Positions 38,348-48,203 of a stretch of DNA of 56,763 bases are shown here, piece after piece. Source of the DNA: a virus. Taxonomy: Duplodnaviria > Caudoviricetes. The stretch is from the IMG/VR virus record IMGVR_UViG_3300048672_000414, positions 1 to 56,763 of that record; one strand, 5' to 3'. Position 1 is the first letter of the stretch; each line of letters starts with the position of its first letter. The position numbers were made by a program, and so were the translations under genes. A model generated the notes under the pieces. It was not told the origin of the DNA and made no database searches. It worked only from the letters and a program-made list of their open reading frames with translations.

Positions 38348-38589
38348 GTCAGCACCGCCTTCAACTGATCAAATCCGCCCACAAGCTGGCCATCAAGCCA
38401 AACTTGTGGAACTGTGCGAGCACCAGGATTAGCCTCAAAGAACATTTCCTTGGTAACGCCGTCTACACCAATCTGTTTAACCACATACGGGATGCCCTTA
38501 GAGTCTAAGAGAGCCTTAGCACGCTCACACCAGGGGCAGTTTTGTCCAGACCATACCAGGGCTTTAGTGGGATTCGATTTTGTCTGCAT
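38344..38589 (-). CDS. grx: Glutaredoxin
   Basis: CPWC, RTVPQ, GGFD. Confidence 0.92.
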   Translation of the reverse strand: MQTKSNPTKALVWSGQNCPWCERAKALLDSKGIPYVVKQIGVDGVTKEMFFEANPGARTVPQVWLDGQLVGGFDQLKAVLT

Positions 38590-39535
38590 AAGTATAGTAT
38601 TCCTTTAGGGTTTGTGCGATTGTATCTTCTGGCAGTTCTAGGATATAGGTTAAGTACTCTCGTACTTCTTCAGCCAGCGTCAGGTTAGGGTCGAGAATAA
38701 GTTGGGTGTCTTGACTACGCTTAACAACCTTTTTAGCAACTAGCTCGTTATCTTGTAGGGCACCTAGTTCTTGTAGGTCCCCCTCTAGCTCATATACTGT
38801 ATGATGGAAGCTAGTAGGTACTGGTATATCGCCCGCAGCAATAGTTTTCTTGAGCAGCTGTGGTAGATTAAACTTTAGCCATACATGCGATAGTGTATCC
38901 ACGTCAAGCAAGATAGCACCGGTATCCACAAGATTGCGATGAAAGCTAGTGGTATAAGGACTACCAGGGTAAAGAATATTCCTTTGAGAGTTTTCATAAC
39001 TGTGTAAGTCTCCAGCTAGTACTACCTGCCAGCGGTTAAACAGGTCAAGATTTACTTCTGGACGAACATGTGGTGGTATCTCAGCTCGGAAGTGGCTAAC
39101 GCAGATTCTGCCATTGAAGTCGTAATCTTGGTAATTTTCCGCCCACGTTTTTAGTTTATTGTAAGGAATAATATCAATATCACCCCCAAGCAGAGTGCTG
39201 TCAATGTCATCAATAATCCTTACTAGCTTGTTAAGGCGGTTAGTAGCACGTTTCAGAAATGTAAGAAAGGTAGTATCCTTCTTTATCATTTCGTGATTAC
39301 CTGGAATAATAACTGTAGGCTTCTTCATGCTAGCTACTAGGTCAAAGTAAAGTTCTACTTCGTCCATAGTTGGCAATCTATCAAAAACGTCGCCTCCAAT
39401 GATAACTAGGTCTGCTTGAGACTGCATCTCGGCAAACTGGTCAATGAACATCTGGAAGCGATTACGTGCCCACTCGTGTGGAACGTTCTTTTGACCCAGC
39501 TTGATGTGTATATCCGCCGTGAAAAGTATTTTCAT
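38564..39535 (-). CDS. D12: SbcD/Mre11-like nuclease (T5 D12)
   Basis: ADIH, GGDVFD, GNHE, GDLH, YPGSP. Confidence 0.92.
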   Translation of the reverse strand: MKILFTADIHIKLGQKNVPHEWARNRFQMFIDQFAEMQSQADLVIIGGDVFDRLPTMDEVELYFDLVASMKKPTVIIPGNHEMIKKDTTFLTFLKRATNRLNKLVRIIDDIDSTLLGGDIDIIPYNKLKTWAENYQDYDFNGRICVSHFRAEIPPHVRPEVNLDLFNRWQVVLAGDLHSYENSQRNILYPGSPYTTSFHRNLVDTGAILLDVDTLSHVWLKFNLPQLLKKTIAAGDIPVPTSFHHTVYELEGDLQELGALQDNELVAKKVVKRSQDTQLILDPNLTLAEEVREYLTYILELPEDTIAQTLKEYYTYADKIESH

Positions 39536-39549
39536 ATTCTATAGGCAAT

Positions 39550-39583
39550 AAAGCCCGCTAGGCACAGGGACGTAGCGGGCTTT
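39550..39583 (-). terminator. Terminator after D11
   Basis: AAAGCCCGCTA...TAGCGGGCTTT. Confidence 0.75.
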
Positions 39584-39589
39584 GATTAA

Positions 39590-40228
39590 TTAACCGAGGT
39601 CTTTAACAGCTTCCTGTTCGGCTTCGCTTTGAGCTTCTTCCGAGATGCCATCAGCCAGCTTTTGCAATAGTGCAAGCTGCTCCTCAGGCGTAGCACGCGG
39701 ATACTTGCTGTCAATATCTACAGCAGCATCGGCGGCAGCCCGTTCTTCATCAGTCAATGCTCGCGGCTTGCAGCGCAGGACGTTAAGATCGTAGGCCACC
39801 TGAAATGCCAAGGGTCCGGTCTTGCTGCGCTTAAAGACAACATCCCAACCAGTATCATACGAGGTGGGGTCTCCCAGGTCTTCTGCCGCTTGAAGAATCT
39901 GCTCAAACAGCTTTTTCTTCAGATTCAGCACTTTAACCTTACCGTCTGCGGGGTCAATTACATTGACTGCATAGCTCCACGAGCACTTCAGGTCCGGGTA
40001 AAAGTCAGGAACGTGATCTTTTTGGATATTGTCAAACTTTTCTTTTTCGCGGCTGAAGGCCAGGCACTCAATAGGAATATCCTTGTTGTTAGTACCTTTC
40101 ACCCAGTAAACGTAGCGGGGAAGCACACCACCAACCAGTCGAACGCGATTTTCGCCGTCCTTGTAGGTGTAGCTTTCAACGCTAGACTTTTGAGCTTTGC
40201 CTTTGGTGTTCTTGAATGCGATTGCCAT
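39590..40228 (-). CDS. D11: T5 D11-like ssDNA-binding protein
   Basis: GENRVRLVGGVLPRYVYW, LNLKKKLFEQI, acidic C-terminus. Confidence 0.85.
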   Translation of the reverse strand: MAIAFKNTKGKAQKSSVESYTYKDGENRVRLVGGVLPRYVYWVKGTNNKDIPIECLAFSREKEKFDNIQKDHVPDFYPDLKCSWSYAVNVIDPADGKVKVLNLKKKLFEQILQAAEDLGDPTSYDTGWDVVFKRSKTGPLAFQVAYDLNVLRCKPRALTDEERAAADAAVDIDSKYPRATPEEQLALLQKLADGISEEAQSEAEQEAVKDLG

Positions 40229-40233
40229 GTTGT

Positions 40234-40614
40234 TTATCTTTCGTATTTAAAGTAGATTTGCTTGTTTGCGATGTGGAGAAGCGGATTTGACTCGATAGCT
40301 TTAATATCTAAGTCAGGATACAGGGTTAAGTCAAGAGATTTGAGTCCGTGCGTTTTGTAAAGTGAAAAGTTACGTCTGCCGGCTAATCTAATGTACTGAG
40401 CCTTGTAAGTATAATCCGTACTGCGATCAGTGAAAAAAGGTTCAGGATTTAGTAAAAACGCACTGCCTGGCTTCATATTAGGCAGAGGTTTATACTTTTC
40501 GTAGGGGTTCTTGGGAAATTGCTGCCCACGCCAAAACTTGTATAGCGCTAGTACTAGCCATTGTGGGTCACATCCTGTAGACTCCTCAAGAATTGTAAGG
40601 TCAAAGAATAACAT
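40234..40614 (-). CDS. Conserved T5-like hypothetical protein
   Basis: MLFFD...SAFLLNP...NPLL...IYFKYE; between D10 and D11. Confidence 0.7.
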   Translation of the reverse strand: MLFFDLTILEESTGCDPQWLVLALYKFWRGQQFPKNPYEKYKPLPNMKPGSAFLLNPEPFFTDRSTDYTYKAQYIRLAGRRNFSLYKTHGLKSLDLTLYPDLDIKAIESNPLLHIANKQIYFKYER

Positions 40615-40635
40615 AAAATCCCTAACACAGACTAT

Positions 40636-40664
40636 ATTATATCAAACTTAGGCACAGTGTTCAA
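40636..40664 (-). promoter_or_regulatory. Sigma70 promoter
   Basis: TTGAAC-17 nt-TATAAT with TG. Confidence 0.75.
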
Positions 40665-40719
40665 GTCTAAATTTTAGATGGTTGCCATGCTTTTGATATA
40701 ACTGCCGTGCTAAGACTAT

Positions 40720-40748
40720 ATTATACTTGAAACAGTCTACGGATTCAA
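40720..40748 (-). promoter_or_regulatory. Sigma70 promoter, tandem with the one at 40636
   Basis: TTGAAT-17 nt-TATAAT. Confidence 0.72.
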
Positions 40749-40756
40749 GTCAGTAT

Positions 40757-42052
40757 TTATACTGTCTCTACCGACCAGCCTTTACGAAGGTAAAACCCTA
40801 GACGGTCATTATTCTGCTTTTTATCTGCCCAACCACTAAATTGCATATCCAGCACTAGTGGATCGAGCTTATTCTCATGCAGCCGTTGTACTCGACCAAT
40901 GATCTGCTCTAGCAAGGAGTCATTGCTCATAGGCACCGCTAGGATAACACAGCTTAGTGAGTTGATGGAGATACCTTCGGCAAAGATTTGCCGGCTCCCA
41001 GCAATACACATTTTTTCGCCGCTGAGAAGTTGCTGTTTGGCAGCTTGACGACCCTCGAAGTCTGTTTCGCCTGTAACAAGTACGCAAGTTTCACCAACAT
41101 ATTCACTAACCTTTCGTAAGAATTCCACTCTGTCTGCAATAACCAGCACCTGATGCCCACGATCAATTTGACGTAATGCAAGTGCTGCAATTATGCGCTG
41201 ATAGTTATCATCACTAGCTAACTCATTAATCTTTTCAACCCAAGTAGCCCCAGGCTTTAAGGTAATGCCAGTTTTTACTAGCTTTACCTTTGGCACTAGT
41301 GTGTTACTTTGTGGTGGTTGATGTACCACACTACCAAAGTAGTCTTGAAACATGGCATGTTTCCCGTCCTTACGCTGCATAGTGCCACTAAGCCCTATTC
41401 GATAGCGTGCCTTAAACTTATCAAGAGTTTCTGTAAAGGTAGTAGCAGGTGTATGATGGCTTTCGTCAATTATAACTGTGCCAAACTCGGAGGCAAGCCG
41501 TTCTGCATGTTTAACTAGCGTCTGCACATTGGCTACGGTAATAGCGTGATCCTCATAGTCTAGTGCACCTCCTCCAATTACGCCAGCCTCCATTCCAAAT
41601 AGATTCTTTACGTCTTCGCGCCACTGGTCTCGAAGCGCAGCCGTATGTGTTACCACCAGAGTCTTCTGGCCCCACTTGTGCACTATGTATAGTGCCGTGT
41701 AACTTTTACCCCAGCCCACTAGTGCGTTAATAAAGCACGTGTCTGTGGCAGCCTCATACACAGGGACCTGGCTATCTCGCAGTGGAAATAGCGGGTCCGG
41801 AAATGGAACTGGTACTAGCACTCGCTTGTCTACAATCTCGTAGTTTGGAGGAATTAGGTCTGTACGTGTTTGCGGTATAGATAAAATTCCGTTAACTAGG
41901 GTTTTGTAGTTCTTGATAGTTTCCACACTAGCAAATTGCTTACTACCAGTATTCTTGTTAAACTTGTATGTAAGAGCCTTCATAATTTCTTTGGTCGGCT
42001 CTACCCCTGGGTTATCCATGTATATTCGGTTTGAAATAATTGCTTTAGGCAT
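40757..42052 (-). CDS. D10: SF2 helicase (T5 D10 / UvsW-like)
   Basis: GWGKS, DESHH, GLSGT..RKDG, QIIGRVQR. Confidence 0.92.
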   Translation of the reverse strand: MPKAIISNRIYMDNPGVEPTKEIMKALTYKFNKNTGSKQFASVETIKNYKTLVNGILSIPQTRTDLIPPNYEIVDKRVLVPVPFPDPLFPLRDSQVPVYEAATDTCFINALVGWGKSYTALYIVHKWGQKTLVVTHTAALRDQWREDVKNLFGMEAGVIGGGALDYEDHAITVANVQTLVKHAERLASEFGTVIIDESHHTPATTFTETLDKFKARYRIGLSGTMQRKDGKHAMFQDYFGSVVHQPPQSNTLVPKVKLVKTGITLKPGATWVEKINELASDDNYQRIIAALALRQIDRGHQVLVIADRVEFLRKVSEYVGETCVLVTGETDFEGRQAAKQQLLSGEKMCIAGSRQIFAEGISINSLSCVILAVPMSNDSLLEQIIGRVQRLHENKLDPLVLDMQFSGWADKKQNNDRLGFYLRKGWSVETV

Positions 42053-42257
42053 TTAGTCTAGTATTCCATACCTCAAGTGGATGTTTTGGATATGTGTCTT
42101 CTGCACCAGCAGATAGTCCACAGCCATTGCAAATTACAAAACTAGGTCCAATTTGTCTATAGCCTTTTTTCTCTAAGAAGGTGTACTCCACATCCTTAGA
42201 CCCGCAACAAGGGCAGGCTAGCAAACCCTCACTAGTTGATTCTCCATCCTCTAACAT
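42045..42257 (-). CDS. Lar-like zinc-ribbon protein
   Basis: LLACPCCG...VICNGCG...WNTR; start moved to the ATG just after the upstream stop. Confidence 0.65.
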   Translation of the reverse strand: MLEDGESTSEGLLACPCCGSKDVEYTFLEKKGYRQIGPSFVICNGCGLSAGAEDTYPKHPLEVWNTRLNA

Positions 42258-42258
42258 A

Positions 42259-42795
42259 CTATACTTTTCTGTAGCTTGGTTTGCCGGGTTGTTCATATAA
42301 TCCATAGATAATGTACCCAAGACCCCATCGGAGTACTCCTGCGTAGTCTTGATCTGGCGTTGGTCTAAAAAGACATTTGAAGCGTTGGGGTATACCTTCA
42401 ACTTCGATGATACACCCCATACCCTCAACCGGAAAAACTTTTTTAAGTTTGTGATAAGTCAGCTTGGCGCGAGTGGATTTTCTATACTGAAATACCACTC
42501 CACGGCTATCAATAAACCAGGTGGTCTGCTTTGCTATCTTTATCAAGTCCTGTAAGAAGTACAAGGCTAGTCTAATTTTAAACAAGTTTACCTCCTCTAG
42601 CATAGCTAAGCGCATCCTGCGCTGTCCAAGGGTTTCCCCCTGAACTGTGGTGTCGTCCACCACGCGCAAGCTTTGTTTAGACTGCACGTTATCTAGGGTT
42701 ACGTACTCCTGCGAGTAGAACGTAACTCCGTCTAGCTGATGCGGCTTATGCTCACCTAGCCTGAATACGGGCCAGCTTATACTAGCAAGATTCAT
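42259..42795 (-). CDS. Conserved T5-like hypothetical protein
   Basis: WPVF, VVDD..V.G.TLG.RR, FIDSRG; between pol and D10. Confidence 0.75.
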   Translation of the reverse strand: MNLASISWPVFRLGEHKPHQLDGVTFYSQEYVTLDNVQSKQSLRVVDDTTVQGETLGQRRMRLAMLEEVNLFKIRLALYFLQDLIKIAKQTTWFIDSRGVVFQYRKSTRAKLTYHKLKKVFPVEGMGCIIEVEGIPQRFKCLFRPTPDQDYAGVLRWGLGYIIYGLYEQPGKPSYRKV

Positions 42796-43688
42796 GCCAA
42801 TACCCAGCCTTTGGTACTTTTTTGGTGCCCGTTTAGAAGCCTAGAAAAACCGCCGGTGTCTAGTCCGTGTATTCTAGCAAATTCTGCGCTATTTATTACA
42901 TCATACACTTCCCCGGTAGGGGAGCGTACAGCAGGCCAAATATTACGGGTTCTAATAAGCTTACCCCGATTAGCCTTAATTCTTTCAAACAATTCTGGAA
43001 ATTTTGCGTGCAGGTATTTATGTGATTGACCCTTATTAATATCTGCGACAACACTTAAGGTAACAGAATACTTATCTGCTATATCTTGCATAGGGGCAGC
43101 AGTTGTAGCTAGCTCGCGGAAAATATTCTCGTATACCTCAGCAGGCTGTACTAGCCTACCCCCCACACGTCGGGTTCCTATCTGAGAAATCATTTTCTGA
43201 TAAAGCCCAGGGAACTTGTCCTGCAGGTATAAGTGGCTATGTCCAGTAGCTATACAAGTTACAACGTCGTAAGAGACGCCCAAGTTTTTAGACACGTTTA
43301 TTATAGAAGAATTAGGTTCGGCCAGGCCAGTAAGTATTGCTACGTATGTTTCTTCGGAGTATATTGCTGCGGGGTGCTTTTCGCCAGGGGCTGAACCCTC
43401 TCCGCCTACGGTGAGATTGAAACCACTAGTATAGGCATCTAGCTTCTGTATCCAGAATATTTCCCGTGAGTCTATTAAATTAGGGTCCAGGCATTCTTCT
43501 AGGATATATAGGTTAGGCGGTACCCCCAACCTATTATACTCTTTTTGTAGTAAGTAATTTACGTGTCTATTGCCGGCTAAATTGCTCTTGTGCCTGACAT
43601 ACCTGCCTTCAATGCCGGAAGAAGATTTACCTACATAATATCTGCCGTCATCAGTATCAAAGTAAAGACAATAAATGCCTTGGGTCAT
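42792..43688 (-). CDS. GIY-YIG homing endonuclease
   Basis: GIYCLYF...YYVGKS, GFN.T.GGEG, two HTH-like repeats, NUMOD-like C-terminus. Confidence 0.87.
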   Translation of the reverse strand: MTQGIYCLYFDTDDGRYYVGKSSSGIEGRYVRHKSNLAGNRHVNYLLQKEYNRLGVPPNLYILEECLDPNLIDSREIFWIQKLDAYTSGFNLTVGGEGSAPGEKHPAAIYSEETYVAILTGLAEPNSSIINVSKNLGVSYDVVTCIATGHSHLYLQDKFPGLYQKMISQIGTRRVGGRLVQPAEVYENIFRELATTAAPMQDIADKYSVTLSVVADINKGQSHKYLHAKFPELFERIKANRGKLIRTRNIWPAVRSPTGEVYDVINSAEFARIHGLDTGGFSRLLNGHQKSTKGWVLA

Positions 43689-45976
43689 TCCTTTAACCTG
43701 TAAATTACTCCATCCCTAACCTCATACTGCTTCTGGAACTTGCCCATACTATAATCCTGTGCAACCTCTACATCAATACCAACAGGGCACCCAGGAATAG
43801 ATACCCCCCTATCCCGCTGAGTACACTCTTTAAGAATTTCACAGTACCTATCTACATCCTCGTCTTTTACTAGAGCCACAATAGAGTCGTGCACTAGCAT
43901 AAATATGTTGGCATCAAGCCCCTGCTTTTTTACCTCGGTAGCAGTATCCATAGCGGCTAAAAGGTTAATATCGCTCGCGACTGATTGGATAAGACTATTC
44001 GTGCCGCTTCGAACCTCGTGAGCAACAATGCCCTTGTCCGCGCTGTACACATTGGGCAACCTACGTTTACGTCCAAACGCGCTATAAACATATCCATTGG
44101 CTCGAATAAAGGCATCCTGTTCGTTCAACCACTTCTTCAAGCGACTGAACTTAGTAAAGTATGCCTTAATATCCTCTTTAGCCCTATCAATGCTGTAGTA
44201 CTCGCCCGTAGCCTTACTAACTGTTTCGGATACCTTTGCCGGCCCTGACCCGTACAAAATGCCAAATGTAATAGCTTTACTGCTTTGACGGAGTCCTGGA
44301 TATAATTTCTTGACATCTTCCACTGCACAGTCTAAGTCAAAAACTGACTTGGCAATAGTAGAGTGGAAGTCTCCCTTACTTGTAAAAACTTTTTGAAGGT
44401 TTTTGTCCCCGCTCAATACTGCTGCGAAATATGACTCAGCAGTAGCTAAATCTTGGCTAACAATCTTATAGCCTTCAGGAGCCACGATACATGATTTTAC
44501 AAGGCTGTCATCCCGTGGCAACTGTTGAGCATTAAACTTACCACTACTAGACAAGCGTCCGCTAGTAGTAAAGATTAGGTTAAAGTTAGTACGTATACGT
44601 CCGTCACGATCCAGTTCCGGTAGAATCTTGTTGATATAGGTATTTTGAATCTTACTGAGCTGGCGAACTGTCAAAATTGCGCCGGGAAGTGGATGCACCT
44701 CGGCAAGTTGCTTTAGCACCTCGGCATCCGTTGAAATCGCGCCAGTTCCAGTCTTTTTACCAGTAGGCTCTAAGCCTGCGTAGTCAAATAACACCTGACG
44801 CAGCTGCATAACACTGCCAGGGTTAAAGATTTTGCCACTATCCTTTTCAAAATTCTTAACCGCGTCAAAGCTAAACACAACTTCTTTAGCCTTTTGAATT
44901 TCTTCGTCTAGGTATAGTTTAGCTGCAAGCATACGCTCAGCACTAATAGGAATACCAACCTCCTCCATGTCCATAAGGAACAAGGTTCCAGCAATCATTA
45001 GCTCGCGGTACACCCAGGCAAACTTATCGTTTTTCTGGATAATAGGCCAGAACTTTTGAAACAGCTCGTAGGTAACGCCGGTATCTTTTGCGGCGTAATC
45101 GCTGATAACGTCAAACGGAATCAGGTCGTAAGTAAACTCCTCTTGCAGAATACCGTGTTGTGCACAGTATTCGCGCTTGAATTCGTCTAGCGGAGTATCG
45201 TAGTCACCGTAGTCAGTGTATTTGAGTGCAAGCGGCTTTAGACCATGCGAATCGTTCTCGTCCAACACATAGTGCATACACATAGTATCGTGTATGCGGT
45301 CACGAGGGAAGTCGATGCCAAGATGGTATTTAAGCATCTTGAAGTCGAACTTCATATTATGAAAGATCGTTTCAAATGTGTTTGCAATCTTTTGCAGCAG
45401 GTCAATACATACATCATCTAGGCAGTCGGTAAGAATGTACCTGCCCTGCTTGGGCTTGTATGTCATGGATACACCCAGCACATAACCGTCGCGAGGGTAC
45501 AGTGCAGTTGTTTCCGTGTCCCATGCAACGCGACCTTGAGCGTTCTCCAGCACTTCCCGCAGAAAGCGTTTAGCCTCCTTGGTATCGTTAATACCAGCAA
45601 AGTCGCCACTAGCTACTGGCTTGGTTTCGCCAGCATAAATCTTTAGAATCTTGTCTAGTGCGCGCTGAAAGTCGGGCTTGCCTTCAGGCTTAAATGCCAA
45701 CATAGCTGGGTTGGTAATGCACACGAACTTGTCGTTAACAAGCTGTCCCGCCATGTTAGTTACCGACGTAACTTTAGCGTATTCTTTAGCAGCTTCAGCG
45801 CCTACTAGGATCACCAAGTCATAATGTTCCGCGTCAAATTCCAACGTAACGTCCTTTTTCAGGAGTTTGGTGATCGGAACTTGACTCATATGGAAATGGT
45901 CAAACTCAAACGGAAAGTAATCACTGTACCGAGTCTTGTTCGGAGCTTTGTCGATAAGTGCCACTCGTTTCGTCAT
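43685..45976 (-). CDS. pol: Family A DNA polymerase, T5-like
   Basis: Exo DTET, HNMKFD, YAAKD; TSGRLSSS, DLATAE, RQSSKAITFGILYG, VHDS. Confidence 0.96.
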   Translation of the reverse strand: MTKRVALIDKAPNKTRYSDYFPFEFDHFHMSQVPITKLLKKDVTLEFDAEHYDLVILVGAEAAKEYAKVTSVTNMAGQLVNDKFVCITNPAMLAFKPEGKPDFQRALDKILKIYAGETKPVASGDFAGINDTKEAKRFLREVLENAQGRVAWDTETTALYPRDGYVLGVSMTYKPKQGRYILTDCLDDVCIDLLQKIANTFETIFHNMKFDFKMLKYHLGIDFPRDRIHDTMCMHYVLDENDSHGLKPLALKYTDYGDYDTPLDEFKREYCAQHGILQEEFTYDLIPFDVISDYAAKDTGVTYELFQKFWPIIQKNDKFAWVYRELMIAGTLFLMDMEEVGIPISAERMLAAKLYLDEEIQKAKEVVFSFDAVKNFEKDSGKIFNPGSVMQLRQVLFDYAGLEPTGKKTGTGAISTDAEVLKQLAEVHPLPGAILTVRQLSKIQNTYINKILPELDRDGRIRTNFNLIFTTSGRLSSSGKFNAQQLPRDDSLVKSCIVAPEGYKIVSQDLATAESYFAAVLSGDKNLQKVFTSKGDFHSTIAKSVFDLDCAVEDVKKLYPGLRQSSKAITFGILYGSGPAKVSETVSKATGEYYSIDRAKEDIKAYFTKFSRLKKWLNEQDAFIRANGYVYSAFGRKRRLPNVYSADKGIVAHEVRSGTNSLIQSVASDINLLAAMDTATEVKKQGLDANIFMLVHDSIVALVKDEDVDRYCEILKECTQRDRGVSIPGCPVGIDVEVAQDYSMGKFQKQYEVRDGVIYRLKE

Positions 45977-46166
45977 ATTGGTATACCTTTGGTTTTTCGC
46001 CGATCTTTTCTAGGGCGTCGCGCGCAATAGCCCATGTAATAACAGCTTTACCTGCTATCCTAGCTTGTCTGGCGTTGGGGCACCCGCAATCACAGGTTTC
46101 GTAACTGCCGATTGCCTCCAGTGCTTCTAACATTATACTAAACTTCTCTTCAAGAGTCAAGTTCAT
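45921..46166 (-). CDS. Hypothetical protein
   Basis: ATGA coupling to primase; overlaps the pol start; contains an internal promoter. Confidence 0.45.
   Translation of the reverse strand: MNLTLEEKFSIMLEALEAIGSYETCDCGCPNARQARIAGKAVITWAIARDALEKIGEKPKVYQYDETSGTYRQSSEQDSVQ
46132..46160 (-). promoter_or_regulatory. Sigma70 promoter upstream of pol
   Basis: TTGACT-17 nt-TATAAT. Confidence 0.7.
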
Positions 46167-47014
46167 TTTTTAACATATTCTCTGATGGAGTCTACATCTT
46201 CTTGACCAAGCTCGCCGGGGTCTGTACCTTCAGGCAAGTTAACGATTTCTACTACAAACCCGCAATCTTCTACTAGCGGCTTGAGAGTGTGCGCTGCCTT
46301 TTCGCCTGCATCGTCTCCGTCAAATAGGATGAATACGTGCGTAACACCTTGAGCTTTGTAGGCCAGGAGCTTATCCTTGGTATTAGCTTGTAGGGTATTT
46401 GTGCCAAAGCAGCAAGCTACATTATGTAAACCCTTATCGTAAAGGTTCAGCATATCAAAGATACCCTCAACTAGCACAAGGCTACGGTGACCTTGTGGGA
46501 CTTGGGGCGGGTACAGTGGCATAGTAACGCCGCGAGGATAGTTAATATACCGGGGATTACCGCTGCTCAGGGTATGTCGGGCAACATATACTTGTGTTTT
46601 CCCAGTAATGTCTTTAATAGGAAAACAGATGCGGTCTTCCAGTTTCTCGACTTGCGTGGTATAAAACGCCTCGAAGCGCTTTAGGGTCTGGGCAGAAATA
46701 CCACGATAACTACGTGTGTAAGGTGTAGCACCTTTGGGAAGTTCCAGACCTGTACCCATACTTTTTAGCTCGTCCAGCTTCTCTTTTAGTTTTGCAATTT
46801 TAAGTGGGATAGGGTTAGTAAAAACCCCGTAATACTTAAAGATGTTTCCACGGTAGCCACAGGAAAAACAATTAAATAATCCTGTAACTTTATCTACTCG
46901 CATGGAGGGATTGGAGTCTGGGTGTTCTGGGTTAAGGCACTTTACTAAGTAATCCCTGCCAGAGGGTATATATGACACACCACTGTTATTAAGTAAGGTA
47001 CTTACTGGATCCAT
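46163..47014 (-). CDS. pri: DNA primase (zinc finger plus TOPRIM)
   Basis: CLNPEH.D..PS, CFSCG, LVEGIFD, FDGDDAG, DPG. Confidence 0.93.
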   Translation of the reverse strand: MDPVSTLLNNSGVSYIPSGRDYLVKCLNPEHPDSNPSMRVDKVTGLFNCFSCGYRGNIFKYYGVFTNPIPLKIAKLKEKLDELKSMGTGLELPKGATPYTRSYRGISAQTLKRFEAFYTTQVEKLEDRICFPIKDITGKTQVYVARHTLSSGNPRYINYPRGVTMPLYPPQVPQGHRSLVLVEGIFDMLNLYDKGLHNVACCFGTNTLQANTKDKLLAYKAQGVTHVFILFDGDDAGEKAAHTLKPLVEDCGFVVEIVNLPEGTDPGELGQEDVDSIREYVKK

Positions 47015-47750
47015 TTCCTCGCTTCCTATATTTCATCCTGGAATACTCTTCTGGGTATAGTTCCTGTAAGTATTTGTGGGTTACTCCACAAGCAATACTT
47101 CTAACAGTATTGTAAGATACCCCTGTGCTATCGGAAATACCCTTCATGTTTAAGTTGCCAGTAGCTAAACACCTGAGGACTTCCAGGTACTTATGATCTT
47201 CTTCTTTATGGGTGTACCGATTACCGGTATTACTAAGTACTAACAAATAATCATTAAGAGCATACTTGCTTATCCAAGTGCATGATTTACCAGCACATAT
47301 ATCTCTGGCACTATCATAGGGGATATCTGCTATAGCAGCTGCTTGCTTTATAGTCCTGTACTTTCCGGAGGCTAACAGCCTTACGAAATCTATATAGTTA
47401 GCTTTATCTTTTAGCAAGTGAGGGCTGTACTCACCAGAGTACCCCTCTCCACCAAGTGAGTTATTAAATCCATGCTTAAATGCATCCAACTCTGCAATCC
47501 AAAATATTTCTCTTTCAGATAGAGCTGAATCAGTAGCAGTACTCATTTCTTCTAGCACATAAAGACTAGGGAGCTTACCTATAACATTAAATGCATTAAG
47601 TAATTTAGTATTACTGTGTGTTCCGCATTTTAGTTTTGATAAATGTGCCCGGTACCTAGCTAATATGTCAAAGGACTTACCTACATAGTATCTGTTATCG
47701 TCTAGCTCAAAAAATAACGCATATATGCCTATTATAGGAGTACTACTCAT
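46989..47750 (-). CDS. GIY-YIG homing endonuclease
   Basis: GIYALFF...YYVGKS, GFN.S.GGEG, two HTH-like repeats; AT-rich. Confidence 0.85.
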   Translation of the reverse strand: MSSTPIIGIYALFFELDDNRYYVGKSFDILARYRAHLSKLKCGTHSNTKLLNAFNVIGKLPSLYVLEEMSTATDSALSEREIFWIAELDAFKHGFNNSLGGEGYSGEYSPHLLKDKANYIDFVRLLASGKYRTIKQAAAIADIPYDSARDICAGKSCTWISKYALNDYLLVLSNTGNRYTHKEEDHKYLEVLRCLATGNLNMKGISDSTGVSYNTVRSIACGVTHKYLQELYPEEYSRMKYRKRGNGSSKYLT

Positions 47751-47956
47751 CAGTAGTACCCTCCACCACAATAGCCAAGAATATAGTTAGTTACTGAGGT
47801 AACTCCGCCAGGAACTTCCTTGTACACGCTTTTAGGAGTATTACAATCAAACGCCTTATTAGGCGTATTCCACCAGGCGTCTACAAGCTCTTGCCTACCA
47901 ACTAAGCTTAGCAAGCAAGTGTTTAGGTACTCTGCGGTAAAGTTTTCTGTTTTCAT
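47750..47956 (-). CDS. Small MbcA/ParS/Xre C-terminal-like protein
   Basis: LVG....VDAWWNTPNKAFDCNTP pattern; ATG 7 nt after a -10 box. Confidence 0.5.
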   Translation of the reverse strand: MKTENFTAEYLNTCLLSLVGRQELVDAWWNTPNKAFDCNTPKSVYKEVPGGVTSVTNYILGYCGGGYY

Positions 47957-47963
47957 AGATTCT

Positions 47964-47992
47964 ATTATAGCACTAATAGCCCGACAATTCAA
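47964..47992 (-). promoter_or_regulatory. Sigma70 promoter, probably giving a leaderless transcript
   Basis: TTGAAT-17 nt-TATAAT with TG, then AGAATCT-ATG. Confidence 0.75.
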
Positions 47993-47993
47993 G

Positions 47994-48203
47994 CTAGTCT
48001 TTTATCGCGTAAAATTCTTTACAACGTGCCCAGCCCCACTGAAAAGCACGTAGTTCAGCCCAAATTGGGCTGTTGGGGTCTACGTCGTTAAAGCGAGGAG
48101 GGTCTTGGTGTTGAAACCAGAAATCTGCGCTAACGTGTGCTAGTTCGCCATCTTGCAGAGTGTTTACGAGCTTTTCTAGGCTAACAATCATTATGCGTTC
48201 CAA
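47994..48203 (-). CDS. Hypothetical protein
   Basis: 69 aa, overlaps the helicase stop. Confidence 0.55.
   Translation of the reverse strand: MERIMIVSLEKLVNTLQDGELAHVSADFWFQHQDPPRFNDVDPNSPIWAELRAFQWGWARCKEFYAIKD

Noticed and set aside
42258-42428. N-terminal extension of the Lar-like ORF
   Set aside because: Overlaps the upstream conserved gene by about 170 nt; the domain starts after ATG 42257
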